A stretch of DNA of 64,000 nucleotides from an uncultured Clostridium sp. (lineage in GTDB: Bacteria > Bacillota > Clostridia > TANB77 > CAG-508): positions 27,132 through 91,131 of the forward strand of contig CANDIF010000004.1 in the NCBI GenBank assembly GCA_947384775.1, given 5' to 3'. Shown here piece after piece: positions 1 to 10,142 of the stretch; position 1 is the stretch's first letter, and each line of letters starts with the position of its first letter. The position numbers were made by a program, and so were the translations under genes. A model generated the notes under the pieces. The model saw nothing but the letters and a program-made list of their open reading frames with translations. It was not told the origin of the DNA and searched no databases.

Positions 1-426
1 CCAGCAGGAATTAGAAATGGAGAAAAAATAAGACTAGTAGGACAAGGAAAAGAAGGAAGTCGAGGAGGAAAAAACGGAGACTTATTTATAAAAATTAACA
101 TTCAAAAGCATGATAAATTCAAATTAGAAGGTTGCGACTTAGTTACAGATTTATATTTAACTCCATGGGAAGCAGCGTTAGGAAAAGAAGTTAATGTAAA
201 TGCCATGGAAGAAAACATAATGGTAAAAATTCCAGCAGGAATACAAAGTGGAGAAAGAATAAAAATAGAAGATAAAGGTTATAAAGATGGTCAAGGAGGA
301 AGAGGAAATTTAATTGCAGAAGTAAAAACTGTAGTGCCAAAGCAATTGACAGATAAAGAACTTGAACTATTTAAAAAACTGGAAGAAGTATCAACATTTA
401 ATCCAAGAGATACTTTAAAAGTGTAG
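1..426 (+). CDS. DnaJ/CbpA-class co-chaperone, C-terminal part (5' end outside window)
   Basis: Frame 1 is open from position 1: PAGIRNGEKIRLVGQG...GDLFIKI...LTPWEAALG...KIPAGIQSG, i.e. DnaJ C-terminal domain repeats. Confidence 0.85.
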   Translation, partial: PAGIRNGEKIRLVGQGKEGSRGGKNGDLFIKINIQKHDKFKLEGCDLVTDLYLTPWEAALGKEVNVNAMEENIMVKIPAGIQSGERIKIEDKGYKDGQGGRGNLIAEVKTVVPKQLTDKELELFKKLEEVSTFNPRDTLKV

Positions 427-556
427 AATTAATAATAAATAGAAAATACTAAAATGTAGAGCGATTTTGTTTTAATCGCCCATTTTATAAGAGAATAATA
501 TAATGAAGAATAGAGATTTATAGCAAAATTAATAAAAAGAAAAAGGAGAAAAGTAT

Positions 557-1576
557 ATGGATAAAAATATTCAAGATATGCCAAAAGTTGTTTTACATTT
601 ACACTTAGACGGTTCACTAAGACCAGAAAGTGTACAAAGATGGTTACAAAAACAAGGGATAACAAAAAGCTTAGAAGAGGTAACACAAAATTTAAGAGTT
701 GATAAGGATTGTAAAGATTTAAATCAGTACCTACAAAAATTTGATTTACCAGCACAAGTATTACAAGAACCAGAAAATATAGAAGAAGCAACTTATGAAT
801 TATTTGAAGATTTAAGTAAACAAAATGTAGTATATGCAGAAGTTAGATTTGCACCAACAAAACATATGGAAAATGGATTAAGTTGTAATGAAGTAGTAGC
901 AGCAGCTATAAGAGGAATGGAAAGGGCAAAAGTCAAATATGGAATAGATGGAAGCTTAATTTTATGCTGCATAAGAGGAGAACAGCTTGAAACAAACTTA
1001 CAAGCAATTAGTTCAGCAAAAAGATTCTTAAATAAAGGAGTATCAGCAGTAGACTTAGCAGGAGCAGAAGCACTATTTCCAACAAAAGATTATAAACACA
1101 TTTTTGAGATTGCAAAAAAAGAAGGAATTCCATACACAATACATGCAGGAGAAGCAGATGGACCAGAAAGTATAAAATCAGCATTGGAATTTGGAGCAAA
1201 GAGAATAGGGCATGGAGTAAGAAGTATAGAAGATAAGGACTTAATGGACATTTTAAGAATAATGGAAATTCCACTAGAAGTTTGTCCAATAAGTAATATT
1301 CAAACACAAGCAGTAAAAGGAAAACATCCTTTAGAAGAATTATATAGAAGAGGGTTATTTATAACAATAAATACAGACAATAATACTGTATCAGATACTA
1401 ATATTTTAGAAGAATATGAATGGGTATTAGCAAATACTAGTTTAACTTGTGATGACTTATTACAGATGAATAAAAATGCAGCAAGATTTATATTTGCACC
1501 AGCAGTTAAAAGAGCAGAAATTACTGCAAAAATTGAAGCATTTAAAAATAGAGAAGATAAGGAATTAAACAAATAG
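557..1576 (+). CDS. add: Adenosine deaminase
   Basis: PKVVLHLHLDGS, YAEVRFAP, TIHAGE, RIGHG, EVCPISN and INTDN motifs. Confidence 0.92.
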   Translation: MDKNIQDMPKVVLHLHLDGSLRPESVQRWLQKQGITKSLEEVTQNLRVDKDCKDLNQYLQKFDLPAQVLQEPENIEEATYELFEDLSKQNVVYAEVRFAPTKHMENGLSCNEVVAAAIRGMERAKVKYGIDGSLILCCIRGEQLETNLQAISSAKRFLNKGVSAVDLAGAEALFPTKDYKHIFEIAKKEGIPYTIHAGEADGPESIKSALEFGAKRIGHGVRSIEDKDLMDILRIMEIPLEVCPISNIQTQAVKGKHPLEELYRRGLFITINTDNNTVSDTNILEEYEWVLANTSLTCDDLLQMNKNAARFIFAPAVKRAEITAKIEAFKNREDKELNK

Positions 1577-1667
1577 GCGAATGAGATAAATTGCAAATTG
1601 TCTTACTTTTACAATCCGCTCCATCTTGCTGGATATTAAGAAGAAACTTATTGTAAATGTTGTATAC

Positions 1668-1856
1668 AGCAAATCATTATAAATTATTTTCAAACTCCGT
1701 TCTCCACACGCTTTAAGTGAGGAGGATGCAGTAAAAGCAGTAGTCCGATAATTAGCTTGGGTTAAAGCAAATCACTTCGGCAAAAATGCTACGCATTTAC
1801 GTTGCCTTGAAGCGTTAGTCCCCGAACTCGTTTTCAAATAATTATAATGATTTGCT
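1668..1856. repeat. About 190-bp intergenic element with long imperfect terminal inverted repeats (MITE-like or structured RNA)
   Basis: AGCAAATCATTATAAATTATTTTCAAAC at the left end pairs with GTTTTCAAATAATTATAATGATTTGCT at the right end; lies between the convergent add and sigG genes. Confidence 0.55.
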
Positions 1857-1909
1857 TTTATTAAATTTGGTACAAAACAGCCAAACGCAGAAGTGAGACA
1901 AACTCCAAT

Positions 1910-2683
1910 TTATTTATATAATTTCTTAATATGTGCTATTGCATTTTTTTCTAGTCTTGAGACTTGTGCTTGAGAAATTCCAATTTCTTCAGCGACTTCC
2001 ATTTGCGTTCTACCGTCAAAAAAACGCTTTGATATAATAGTTTTTTCTCTAGGATTTAATTTTTTCATTGCCTCTAAAATAGTAATATTTTCAGCCCATA
2101 GTTCATCCGTATTCTTTTGGTCTTTAACTTGATCCATTATATAAATACTTTCATTACCTTCATTGAAAACAGGTTCTTGCAATGAAACAGGACTTTGAAT
2201 AGAATCTAAACTAACAACTATATCTTCTTTGTTGATATTAAGCTCTTTAGCAATATCTTCTATAGTAGGCTCTTTTTGAGTTTCTTTTAACAATTTTTCT
2301 TTTGTTTGCAGAGCCTTATATGCTAAATCTCTCATTGATCTACTGACTCTAATTGGATTATTATCTCTTAAGTGTCTTCGAATTTCACCTATAATCATAG
2401 GTACAGCATATGTTGAAAATTGTACATTTAAACTCATATCGAAATTGTCTATAGCTTTTATTAAACCAACACAGCCTACTTGAAAAAGATCATCTGCATT
2501 TTCGCCACGACCATTGAATCTTTGGATTACACTAAGCACCAAACGCAAATTTCCATTTATAAAATATTCCCTAGCATCTTTATCTCCGTTTTTTATTTTT
2601 ACTAAAAGTTCATTTTTTTCTTTACTTGATAGCACAGGCAATTTTGCAGTATTCACACTGCAGATTTCTACCTTATTAATCAA
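1910..2683 (-). CDS. sigG: Forespore RNA polymerase sigma factor SigG
   Basis: NKVEICSVNTAKLPVL N-terminus, GNLRLVLSVIQRF, FSTYAVPMIIGEIRR, TQMEVAEEIGISQAQVSRLEK; TTG start with GGGAGG SD. Confidence 0.95.
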   Translation of the reverse strand: MINKVEICSVNTAKLPVLSSKEKNELLVKIKNGDKDAREYFINGNLRLVLSVIQRFNGRGENADDLFQVGCVGLIKAIDNFDMSLNVQFSTYAVPMIIGEIRRHLRDNNPIRVSRSMRDLAYKALQTKEKLLKETQKEPTIEDIAKELNINKEDIVVSLDSIQSPVSLQEPVFNEGNESIYIMDQVKDQKNTDELWAENITILEAMKKLNPREKTIISKRFFDGRTQMEVAEEIGISQAQVSRLEKNAIAHIKKLYK

Positions 2684-2785
2684 ATAAAAACCTCCCTTGA
2701 AAATAATATATTGATATTATTTCCAGCATTTATCAAAATATGCTAATATGGTTAAAATAAAATGTAAATAAAAATCAAATAATTC

Positions 2786-2866
2786 GCTCCACCAAAGCTG
2801 AATATTCGATTTTTAAAATTTTAATACAGTTGTTTAAAATTTTAAAAGTGAATATCCACGTGGAGC
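2786..2866. repeat. Dispersed palindromic repeat, copy 1
   Basis: GCTCCA...GAATATTC-GATTTTTAAAATT...AATTTTAAAA-GTGAATATCC...TGGAGC; closely similar copy at 41837-41916 and a partial copy at 1613-1637. Confidence 0.75.
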
Positions 2867-2884
2867 TAAATGGTTAATGTAGGT

Positions 2885-3509
2885 TTAAATTGAGATAAAC
2901 TCTTTTATTTGATTAAATTTACTTTCTCCAATTCCGAGAAATATTCATTAAGTCTTCAATTGTTTTAAATTTACCATTTTTGTTTCTATAATCTATTATT
3001 TTTGTAGCTGTTGACTTTCCTATACCTGGAAGAGATTCTAATTCTTCTTGTGTTGCTTTATTAATATTGATAATTGAATTTTTAGAATTAGTAGAAGAGT
3101 CTAATACATTATTACCAGCATTATTACTTATATAATCAGAAATATCTTCATCATAAATGCTAGGAATGTATATTTTTTGACCATCTTGTAATTCATAAGC
3201 AAGGTTAACTTTATTTATATCAGCAATATCAGTGGCTCCACCTGCTTTTACAATTGCATCGCTAATTCTAGAGTGTTCTTCTAAATAGATGACTCCAGGA
3301 AAATTTACTTCTCCTGCAATATGTACAACGATTTTTGCCTTTTGAATTTCTTCTTTTTTATCTTCTTGATTAGTTTCATCAATTAGAAAATCATTACTAT
3401 TTAAATAAATTTCTTTTGAATCTTTAGTAAAAAAGTAAATACTCGTAAGTATTATTAAAATTATAGATATTGAAATTATTAGTAGATTTTTTTTATTAAA
3501 ATTTTTCAT
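2885..3509 (-). CDS. comEA: ComEA-family DNA uptake protein (SLBB + HhH), completed by a +1 shift at CGGA (2936-2933)
   Basis: VVHIAGEV..PGV, ININKAT.EEL.SLPGIG. The second HhH reads MNIS-(C)GGA-IGESKFNQIKEFISI* when the C is skipped. Confidence 0.88.
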
Positions 3510-3588
3510 AGAAACCTCCTAAAACTTGTTTTTTTTAAAAATATATATTATTATAAATATGAAAAAATATATGAAACGAGGAATAAAT

Positions 3589-4827
3589 ATGAAGCTTAAA
3601 AGAATTTTATGTTTGATAATTATTTTGATAATGTTTATACCAATGTGTGTAAACGCAAGTACAGAAAATGTAGAAGTAACAGCACCAATAGCAATTTTAA
3701 TGGACGGAAAAACAGGTAAAGTTTTGTATGAAAAAGAAGCATATACAAGAGCATATCCTGCAAGTTTAACAAAAATGCTTACTGCGATTGTAGTAATGGA
3801 CCATTGCAAATTAACAGATACTGTAACATATACAGATGAAGCATTAAAAGGGATACAACAAGGTTACGTAACAGCGAGCCTAATTGATGGAGAAGAATTA
3901 ACAGTAGAAGATTTATTAAATTTGCTTTTAATACCATCAGCAAATGAAATAGGCAATATGCTGGCATTACATGTTTCTGGAAGTATAGAAGGATTTGTAG
4001 AATTAATGAATCAAAAAGCTCAAGAAATAAGCTGTAAAGATAGTCATTTTGTTAATACTAATGGGACTCATGATGAAAATCATTATACAACTGCATATGA
4101 TATGGCTTTAATAGGAAAATGTGCAATGCAATATGAGCCGTTAAGAGAAATCGTTTCAAAAATATATTATGAATTAGGAGATACGAATAAATATACAGGT
4201 AAAACTAGAATTTATGAGACTACAAATGGCTTACTGCTTAATGGAAATCCAGCATCATATTACAAATATGCAAAAGGAATAAAAACGGGATATACTACTC
4301 CTGCAGGTAGTTGCTTAGCATCATATGCAGAAAAGGATGGGATGGAATTATATGTAGTAGTATTAAAATGTGAAGGTGCAGGGGAGAGATACCCAAGTAT
4401 AAAGAACTTATATAATTATGGTTTTGATACATATTCATATAAAACAATTGCAAAAAAAGATGATAACATGCAGACAATAGATGTAAAAAATGGAACTTCT
4501 AAAACAAGAAAAATGAATGCAATACTTGAAAATGATATAGAAGCTTTAGTTGATGTAAATGAAAAATATACAATAGAACCACAGGTTCAAATAACTGCCG
4601 AATTAAAAGCACCAATTGAAAAAGGAACGAAGATAGGAACAGTAAAATATGAAGTAGAAGGAATAACATACGAGACAAATTTACTTGCAGGAAATACAGT
4701 AGAAAAAACATATATGCCACAATTCTTTATACTGTTATTTGTAACACTAATATTGATATTTGGAATAGCTAAAATTAAAGATAATTACAAAAAGAAACGA
4801 AGAATAAGAAAAATAAGAAGTATGTAA
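3589..4827 (+). CDS. D-alanyl-D-alanine carboxypeptidase (peptidase S11)
   Basis: PASLTK (SxxK), SAN and KTG motifs; signal peptide and C-terminal TM anchor. Confidence 0.9.
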   Translation: MKLKRILCLIIILIMFIPMCVNASTENVEVTAPIAILMDGKTGKVLYEKEAYTRAYPASLTKMLTAIVVMDHCKLTDTVTYTDEALKGIQQGYVTASLIDGEELTVEDLLNLLLIPSANEIGNMLALHVSGSIEGFVELMNQKAQEISCKDSHFVNTNGTHDENHYTTAYDMALIGKCAMQYEPLREIVSKIYYELGDTNKYTGKTRIYETTNGLLLNGNPASYYKYAKGIKTGYTTPAGSCLASYAEKDGMELYVVVLKCEGAGERYPSIKNLYNYGFDTYSYKTIAKKDDNMQTIDVKNGTSKTRKMNAILENDIEALVDVNEKYTIEPQVQITAELKAPIEKGTKIGTVKYEVEGITYETNLLAGNTVEKTYMPQFFILLFVTLILIFGIAKIKDNYKKKRRIRKIRSM

Positions 4828-4828
4828 A

Positions 4829-4878
4829 AATAAAAAAGAGGGCTTAATTTTATAAATAGCCCTCATTTATTTTATTTT
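4829..4878. terminator. Bidirectional intrinsic terminator
   Basis: GAGGGCT...AGCCCTC stem flanked by A- and T-tracts, between convergent genes. Confidence 0.6.
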
Positions 4879-5985
4879 TTAATCATTTGAAGTGGTATTG
4901 TTTTCAGATGTGTTATTTCCATCTTCCTCTTGTTCAGGAGTAATTCCATAAAATAGTTCTTGAACTAATTCTTTAGTTGCTTCTTTATCTGGATTGAATA
5001 CATAAACTCCAATATTAGAAGGTCCATCAGAACCAGGAACTTGTCCAGTTTTAATATTATCCATATTCATTTCAATAGCATATGGAACATAGTCTTTTAT
5101 TTCATCAAGATTAATGTTTGTTTTTACATATGATTTAAGAATATCTATAATTTCGAAAATTTCAGTAACATTTTTTAATTTTAATGATTGTTTTCCTAAA
5201 GCAATTATCGCTTCACGCTGAGTTCTCATTCTTCCAAAATCTTCTCCTACACCGTATACTCTGTAATAAGAAGAACCATCATTATTGTGTCTAAACCTTA
5301 CTAATTGTTCTACTTGATTTCCAGTAAGTTTTTGTTGACCAGCAGTTAAGTGAATATGAAGATCCTGTGAAGCATCATCATAATTCATATCCATAGGAAC
5401 ATTAAAGTCTAAACCTCCAATAACATCTACAAGTTTATTTAATGCTTTAGTATCTACTAGAATATATTTTTGAATATTTAATCCAGTAAGTTCATTTACA
5501 GCATTTATTGTTTCTTGAGGTGTCTCTCCATGAGAATACTTTGCATTGATTTTGTCATTAGATGTAGCACGGTTTATATTATCGCCTACAAAAGTATCTC
5601 TTGGGATGGATAGTAAAGCTGCTTCTTGAGTTTTTGGGTCATATTGTGCAACTACAATAGTATCAGACATTCCAGTACTTTCTCCTAAAATAAGTACTTG
5701 CAGCTTATCTAGGTTTTCCCTTGTATATTTATTATGTCCCATTAATGCGGCTAGTAAATTCCCTCCAGCATTATGAATTCTTACTCCAACAAAAATTCCT
5801 AAAGCTATAAATAGTATCAATAGGATTAACAAAACTGTGCGTCTTCTTCTTTTTTTCTGAATATTTTTTTTACTAGGTTTCTTTTTTACTTCATTATTTT
5901 GATTTTCTTGCTTTTCTTGTTTTTTATTTGCTTCATTATTTGAACTTCTTTTTTTTGTTTCTTTTGTTTGTATATGCTTACTCAT
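4879..5985 (-). CDS. LCP (LytR-CpsA-Psr) family cell-wall glycopolymer transferase
   Basis: Basic N-terminus plus TM, SDTI, LSIPRDT, KINA, VRFRH, GRMRTQ. Confidence 0.9.
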   Translation of the reverse strand: MSKHIQTKETKKRSSNNEANKKQEKQENQNNEVKKKPSKKNIQKKRRRRTVLLILLILFIALGIFVGVRIHNAGGNLLAALMGHNKYTRENLDKLQVLILGESTGMSDTIVVAQYDPKTQEAALLSIPRDTFVGDNINRATSNDKINAKYSHGETPQETINAVNELTGLNIQKYILVDTKALNKLVDVIGGLDFNVPMDMNYDDASQDLHIHLTAGQQKLTGNQVEQLVRFRHNNDGSSYYRVYGVGEDFGRMRTQREAIIALGKQSLKLKNVTEIFEIIDILKSYVKTNINLDEIKDYVPYAIEMNMDNIKTGQVPGSDGPSNIGVYVFNPDKEATKELVQELFYGITPEQEEDGNNTSENNTTSND

Positions 5986-6120
5986 AAAGACCTCCTTAAA
6001 ATTCCCCACATTGATATACTTAACAAAGTATATCAAAAAAAACACAAAAATTCAACTATTCTGTAAAAAAAGATTGACTATTTCATAAAATTGTGTTATT
6101 ATATTAAATGCATCACAAAT

Positions 6121-6197
<77 letters not shown>

Positions 6198-6235
6198 AAA
6201 ATGCGACCATAATAGGTCGCATTTTTATTTAAGAG

Positions 6236-6309
6236 TGAATAGTTAATAATGAATAGTAATTTAATGTAATCTAAGGAGCACATTTGTACTATTCATCATT
6301 AACTATTCA
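6236..6309. repeat. Inverted repeat built from short TGAATAGT units
   Basis: TGAATAGTTAATAATGAATAGTA ... TACTATTCATCATTAACTATTCA. Confidence 0.6.
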
Positions 6310-6438
6310 TTTTTCATTATTAACTAACTAATAGAATTCTTGAGTGACAATTGTGTATCACGTCGCAAATTTAGAGCATAATTCTCTTATTTTATTTTTT
6401 TTCGTTTTTTATTAGATAATTTTAGATTTTCCTTCTTT

Positions 6439-7266
6439 TTATTGGGACAAGTTATTAGGTTGTATATTATGTTTTTCCTTATATTCTTCCCAAGTCATAT
6501 GTTCACTTGAATCCTGTTTTTCATTCTGATTTAAAATTTCATCTATGTCATACCTTTGATTTTTTTGAGTTTTTTTATTATGGCTATTTATAATTTCAAT
6601 TACATCATATTTGTCTGTTTTCTTCTTTAAATCCAATTTAAAAGAAATTATAGTATAAACATTGAAACAAACAGATAATACTAATAAAATTATCAATGAA
6701 ATAATAAATATTAATGATTTTTTTAAGGATTTTGTATCATTATTTTTTGAATAAAAAGTTTCTTTTATAGTATCTAATGGAACAATTTCATGATGTTTTG
6801 GAATAGATTTATGATGGCTTGAAATATTTTTATGTTCTACTAAATGAAGTTCTTCATTTCTTTCAAAAATGTGTTTTCTTTTTGAAAAATAAACATAGTT
6901 AGGGTAAACAAATATAAGTGTCCATATTCCAGAATATATTATGATGGATTGAGTAAAATTAAAGTTTGCGGAATTTGAAGAGGCATAAAGAATACTATTA
7001 ATAACTAGCTCAACAAATAAAGAAAAAATTAGTAATTTATAACCAATCTTTGTTTTCTTAATAAAATTAATATATACAATAATTTGAAATATCATATATA
7101 TTGCAGGAATCAAAACAAGTATAATGCTAAACCAACTAAATTCAATATCAGATACATTATTACATACTGTTAATAATGATATACCCCATATTAAAATACT
7201 AACAGGGAATCTGAAATATTTAAAGAAATTCCACCACTTCATAGGTAAAGTCTGAGTATTTTCCAC
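6439..7266 (-). CDS. Membrane protein of unknown function (about 5 TM segments)
   Basis: 275-aa ORF with hydrophobic segments and an AAGGA SD. Confidence 0.65.
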   Translation of the reverse strand: MENTQTLPMKWWNFFKYFRFPVSILIWGISLLTVCNNVSDIEFSWFSIILVLIPAIYMIFQIIVYINFIKKTKIGYKLLIFSLFVELVINSILYASSNSANFNFTQSIIIYSGIWTLIFVYPNYVYFSKRKHIFERNEELHLVEHKNISSHHKSIPKHHEIVPLDTIKETFYSKNNDTKSLKKSLIFIISLIILLVLSVCFNVYTIISFKLDLKKKTDKYDVIEIINSHNKKTQKNQRYDIDEILNQNEKQDSSEHMTWEEYKEKHNIQPNNLSQ

Positions 7267-7799
7267 TTATTATTCCTTCTTTTTTATTTTATTCAAAAAT
7301 TTTACTTATTCTTGCTTCCACAACCTTGCAAAGTATTTTAAATTTATTATTTTTATCTAGTCGTCTTGGTGGGGAATAAGAATTAAAAGCAACTAATTCA
7401 ATGTGGTCATCATATATAAGAATATTAAAGCAGAGCAACCAAGTTTTTTAGTTATTGCGACTGGACCTAAAGAAAAACCAATTGAAATTTCTTTTGTAAA
7501 ATTTTTTAAACGAGTTTTTAAATATTTTGAAATTTTATTGAATTTATTTCTCACTGGCATCCACTCCTTTTTTGATTTTTTTTGTGGTTGTCTGCTCAGG
7601 TTGTCCTGCTTTAATATTCTTTCTAGAAATTTTAACACAATAATACAAATAAATCAATATTAAGGAAGACAAATGAAACAAGCTAAAAAAACAGATATAG
7701 AAAAATAATTGTAATGGAAAAAACTAACGACAGAATATTACCTTTAAATTTGCAATATTCTGTCTTTTGATGTAAAATACTATAAAAAGGGGGAAAGAT

Positions 7800-8203
7800 A
7801 TGGAGGAAAATAAAAAAATTGGAAGAATATTAAATTTTGGATAGGTGTTGTAATTGCTATTGTAATTATAATTGGAGCAATATTTTTATTAAAAAAACCT
7901 AAATTCGAAGTGGAAGATTTCACGATAACAGAAAAAATTGATGAATACGATACATTGCCAGATTATATAAGTTATAGAGGAGAAGGGTTTATAAAAACTT
8001 CAGATAAAAAACATACATATTTAGTAGTTCTTAAAGCTACAGTGAAATCAGGTGGCAAAGAAAACGATAAAGAAGAGCAGCTTCAATTAGTAGTAGTAAA
8101 TAAAGGAGAAGGAGAATTTTATACATTTGATTATGGAGACGAAGGAGAAATTACAAAGCCAAAATATAAATTTGAAATTTTAGGAAGTATAAAAATAAAA
8201 TAA
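7800..8203 (+). pseudogene. Membrane-anchored moron protein interrupted by a -1 shift in an A7 run (7812-7818)
   Basis: TTGCAA-17-TAAAAT promoter, GGGGG SD and ATG at 7800 (MEENKK). One extra A joins NWKNIKFWIGVVIAIVIIIGAIFLL to the 7910-8203 ORF. Confidence 0.6.
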
Positions 8204-8353
8204 CAAAAAACTAAAACTCACTTATTTAATAAGTGAGTTTTAGTATGTAGTTATTTCAAATTTTCCAAATCTATTTTAAACAAATAATAAATTGATTATA
8301 TTGGAGAGAATTTGCATATATTATATAGATATTAGAAAATAACATAAAAAATG

Positions 8354-8382
8354 TTGAACATATTGACTTTTTGTGTTATACT
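8354..8382 (+). promoter_or_regulatory. SigA-type promoter of the type III TA locus
   Basis: TTGAAC-17 bp-TATACT with TG extension. Confidence 0.7.
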
Positions 8383-8394
8383 AATATTAGAAAA

Positions 8395-8490
8395 ATGGAG
8401 GACACGACCTATAGTGTCGGTAAATAGGATAGGTTTAACAGATGGAGGACACGGCTTGCAGTGTCATAAAATAGGGCAAGCTAAAAAATG
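8395..8490 (+). ncRNA. Type III toxin-antitoxin antitoxin RNA (CptI-like), two pseudoknot repeats
   Basis: Repeats of 47 and 46 nt, ATGGAGGACACG..AGTGTC..AAATAGG..; stem 1 GACAC/GTGTC; stem 2 covaries (ACCTAT/ATAGGT versus GCTTGC/GCAAGC); followed by a terminator and a toxin-like ORF. Confidence 0.8.
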
Positions 8491-8496
8491 TTATAT

Positions 8497-8528
8497 GAGG
8501 GCTTTCTTTAAAGGAAGCTCTCTTTTTT
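8497..8528 (+). terminator. Intrinsic terminator between antitoxin repeats and toxin gene
   Basis: GAGGGCTTTC-TTTAAAG-GAAGCTCTC followed by TTTTTT. Confidence 0.75.
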
Positions 8529-8547
8529 ATATTTGAAGGAGTAGTTT

Positions 8548-8640
8548 ATGAAGGTTGAAAATGGAAAATTTTATTTTATAAGTAATAAATTTATAAAAAA
8601 ATATCAGAGCAAATATAATTTGATGGAAAATAAGGAATAG
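8548..8640 (+). pseudogene. Truncated type III TA toxin (CptN-like), first 30 codons only
   Basis: AAGGAG SD; MKVENGKFYFISNKFIKKYQSKYNLMENKE* resembles CptN-family N-termini (FYxIxxxF...LxxNK); position downstream of repeats plus terminator. Confidence 0.7.
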
Positions 8641-9080
8641 AGATTCTTAAAGGCTTAGAAAAGGGAGTAGGAAATGAATATTGGAAAAATAAGATATTTG
8701 AAAATACAAAGGCTGTAGCAAAAAGTATAACAAATATTATGAATAGTATAGGAATAAAAACAAGTTCTCCAAAGATTAAAATGAATGAAATTCCAGGACA
8801 TAAATTAGGGTTAGATTATGTACCATATGATAACTATATAGCAAGGTTGCATAAAGGTGAAAGAATATTGACAGCAAAAGAAAATGAACAATTAATTAAA
8901 TTTAAAAAAATGCCACAAGTAATTGATAATACTCCATTAATAAATAATCAGCTGAGAACAATAGATAATAAAATTATTTGTACAACTCCAAATATAACCT
9001 TTAATGTGCAAAAAATGGATAAAGCAAATTTAGATATGGCATTTAACTATATAAACAAGCGATTTGGAATACAATATTAA
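8634..9080 (+). pseudogene. C-terminal fragment of a phage tail tape-measure protein
   Basis: Frame open from 8634 (GIEILKGLEKG...), includes GLDYVPYDNYIARLHKGERILTAKEN; no SD or true start. Confidence 0.7.
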
Positions 9081-9138
9081 AAATTGCAATAAACTTTTAT
9101 ATATGATAAAATAATTAAAAAATATATGGAGCTAAAAA

Positions 9139-10080
9139 ATGGCTTCAATGAAATGTAAAAAATGTGGAAATAAAATAGAGGGTAAAATGAAAACATGTCC
9201 AGAATGTGGAGTGAGAATCAAAAGAAAAAGTTTATTAAAAAAATGGTGGGTATGGTTAATTGCTTTTATAGTTATTGCTTGTATTATTGTAGGAATTACT
9301 ATTTTAAGTATTAAACCAGAGGAAGAGCAAGCGACGAGTAACGAATGGAATAAAATAGAAAAAAATGAAAATAAACTAGAAGATAATTACGAATATCATT
9401 CAGAAATAATAAACGATGGAGTTCCTATAATAAAAATTGTAGTAAAAAATGGTTATTATTTAACAAATCCAGAAATGGAAAAAATTTATGAAAAATATGC
9501 AAAAGAAAATTGTAAGGTGTGGTTTTTTAGAACAGAAGAGGATGCAGAAAATTTGGAGAGTTATAATGTTGCAGAGATAAAAAAAGAATCTGGAGCATAT
9601 AAAATACATAGATTTGGAGAAGAAACAGAGGAAGAAAGAGCTGAAAGAATTAGACTAGAAAATGAAAAGAGAATAGCAGAACAAAAGAGAAAAGAAGAAG
9701 AGGAAAAAGCAAAGAAAGAACAAGAAGAACGTGATTTTAAGGCAAGCTGTTCTACATATACTTTTAAAGAAATAGCAAGAAATCCAGAAAACTTCAAAGG
9801 AACTAGAGTAAAACTAACAGGAGAAGTAATTCAAACAATGTATGGAACTTATAGTACTGTATTAAGAGTAAACATTACGAAAGAAGGAAGATATACTACA
9901 TATTACTCAGATACAATATATGTAACATATTATCCGGAAGCAGGAGAAGATAAAATATTAGAAGATGATATTATAACAATATGGGGAACATCTAAAGGAG
10001 ATACTTCATATACAAGTACAATGAACGCAACAGTTACACTACCACATATTGAAGCTAAATATATAACAATAAATGAATAA
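9139..10080 (+). CDS. Moron: zinc-ribbon, TM, coiled-coil and C-terminal domain membrane protein
   Basis: CKKCG..CPECG, KKWWVW-TM, ARNPENFKG..GEVIQ. Own promoter (TTGCAA-17-TAAAAT, 9084-9112) and terminator (about 10088-10120), inserted between tail genes. Confidence 0.75.
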   Translation: MASMKCKKCGNKIEGKMKTCPECGVRIKRKSLLKKWWVWLIAFIVIACIIVGITILSIKPEEEQATSNEWNKIEKNENKLEDNYEYHSEIINDGVPIIKIVVKNGYYLTNPEMEKIYEKYAKENCKVWFFRTEEDAENLESYNVAEIKKESGAYKIHRFGEETEEERAERIRLENEKRIAEQKRKEEEEKAKKEQEERDFKASCSTYTFKEIARNPENFKGTRVKLTGEVIQTMYGTYSTVLRVNITKEGRYTTYYSDTIYVTYYPEAGEDKILEDDIITIWGTSKGDTSYTSTMNATVTLPHIEAKYITINE

Positions 10081-10142
10081 AATAGTAAAAAGCTCACTTA
10101 CATTTTTTGTAAGTGGGATTATATAATAAAAAGGAGGCAGAA

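Noticed and set aside
7393-7663. Overlapping 81-aa and 86-aa ORFs on opposite strands
   Set aside because: No convincing SD or recognisable motifs; possibly a gene remnant but not supportable.
7812-7818. Frame break as another example of the CGG rule
   Set aside because: It is a -1 change in an A7 homopolymer with no CGG; simple slippage, mutation or sequencing error.
8395-8490. Repeats as a mini CRISPR array
   Set aside because: Only two units, no unique spacers and no cas genes; the pseudoknot-terminator-toxin layout fits type III TA.
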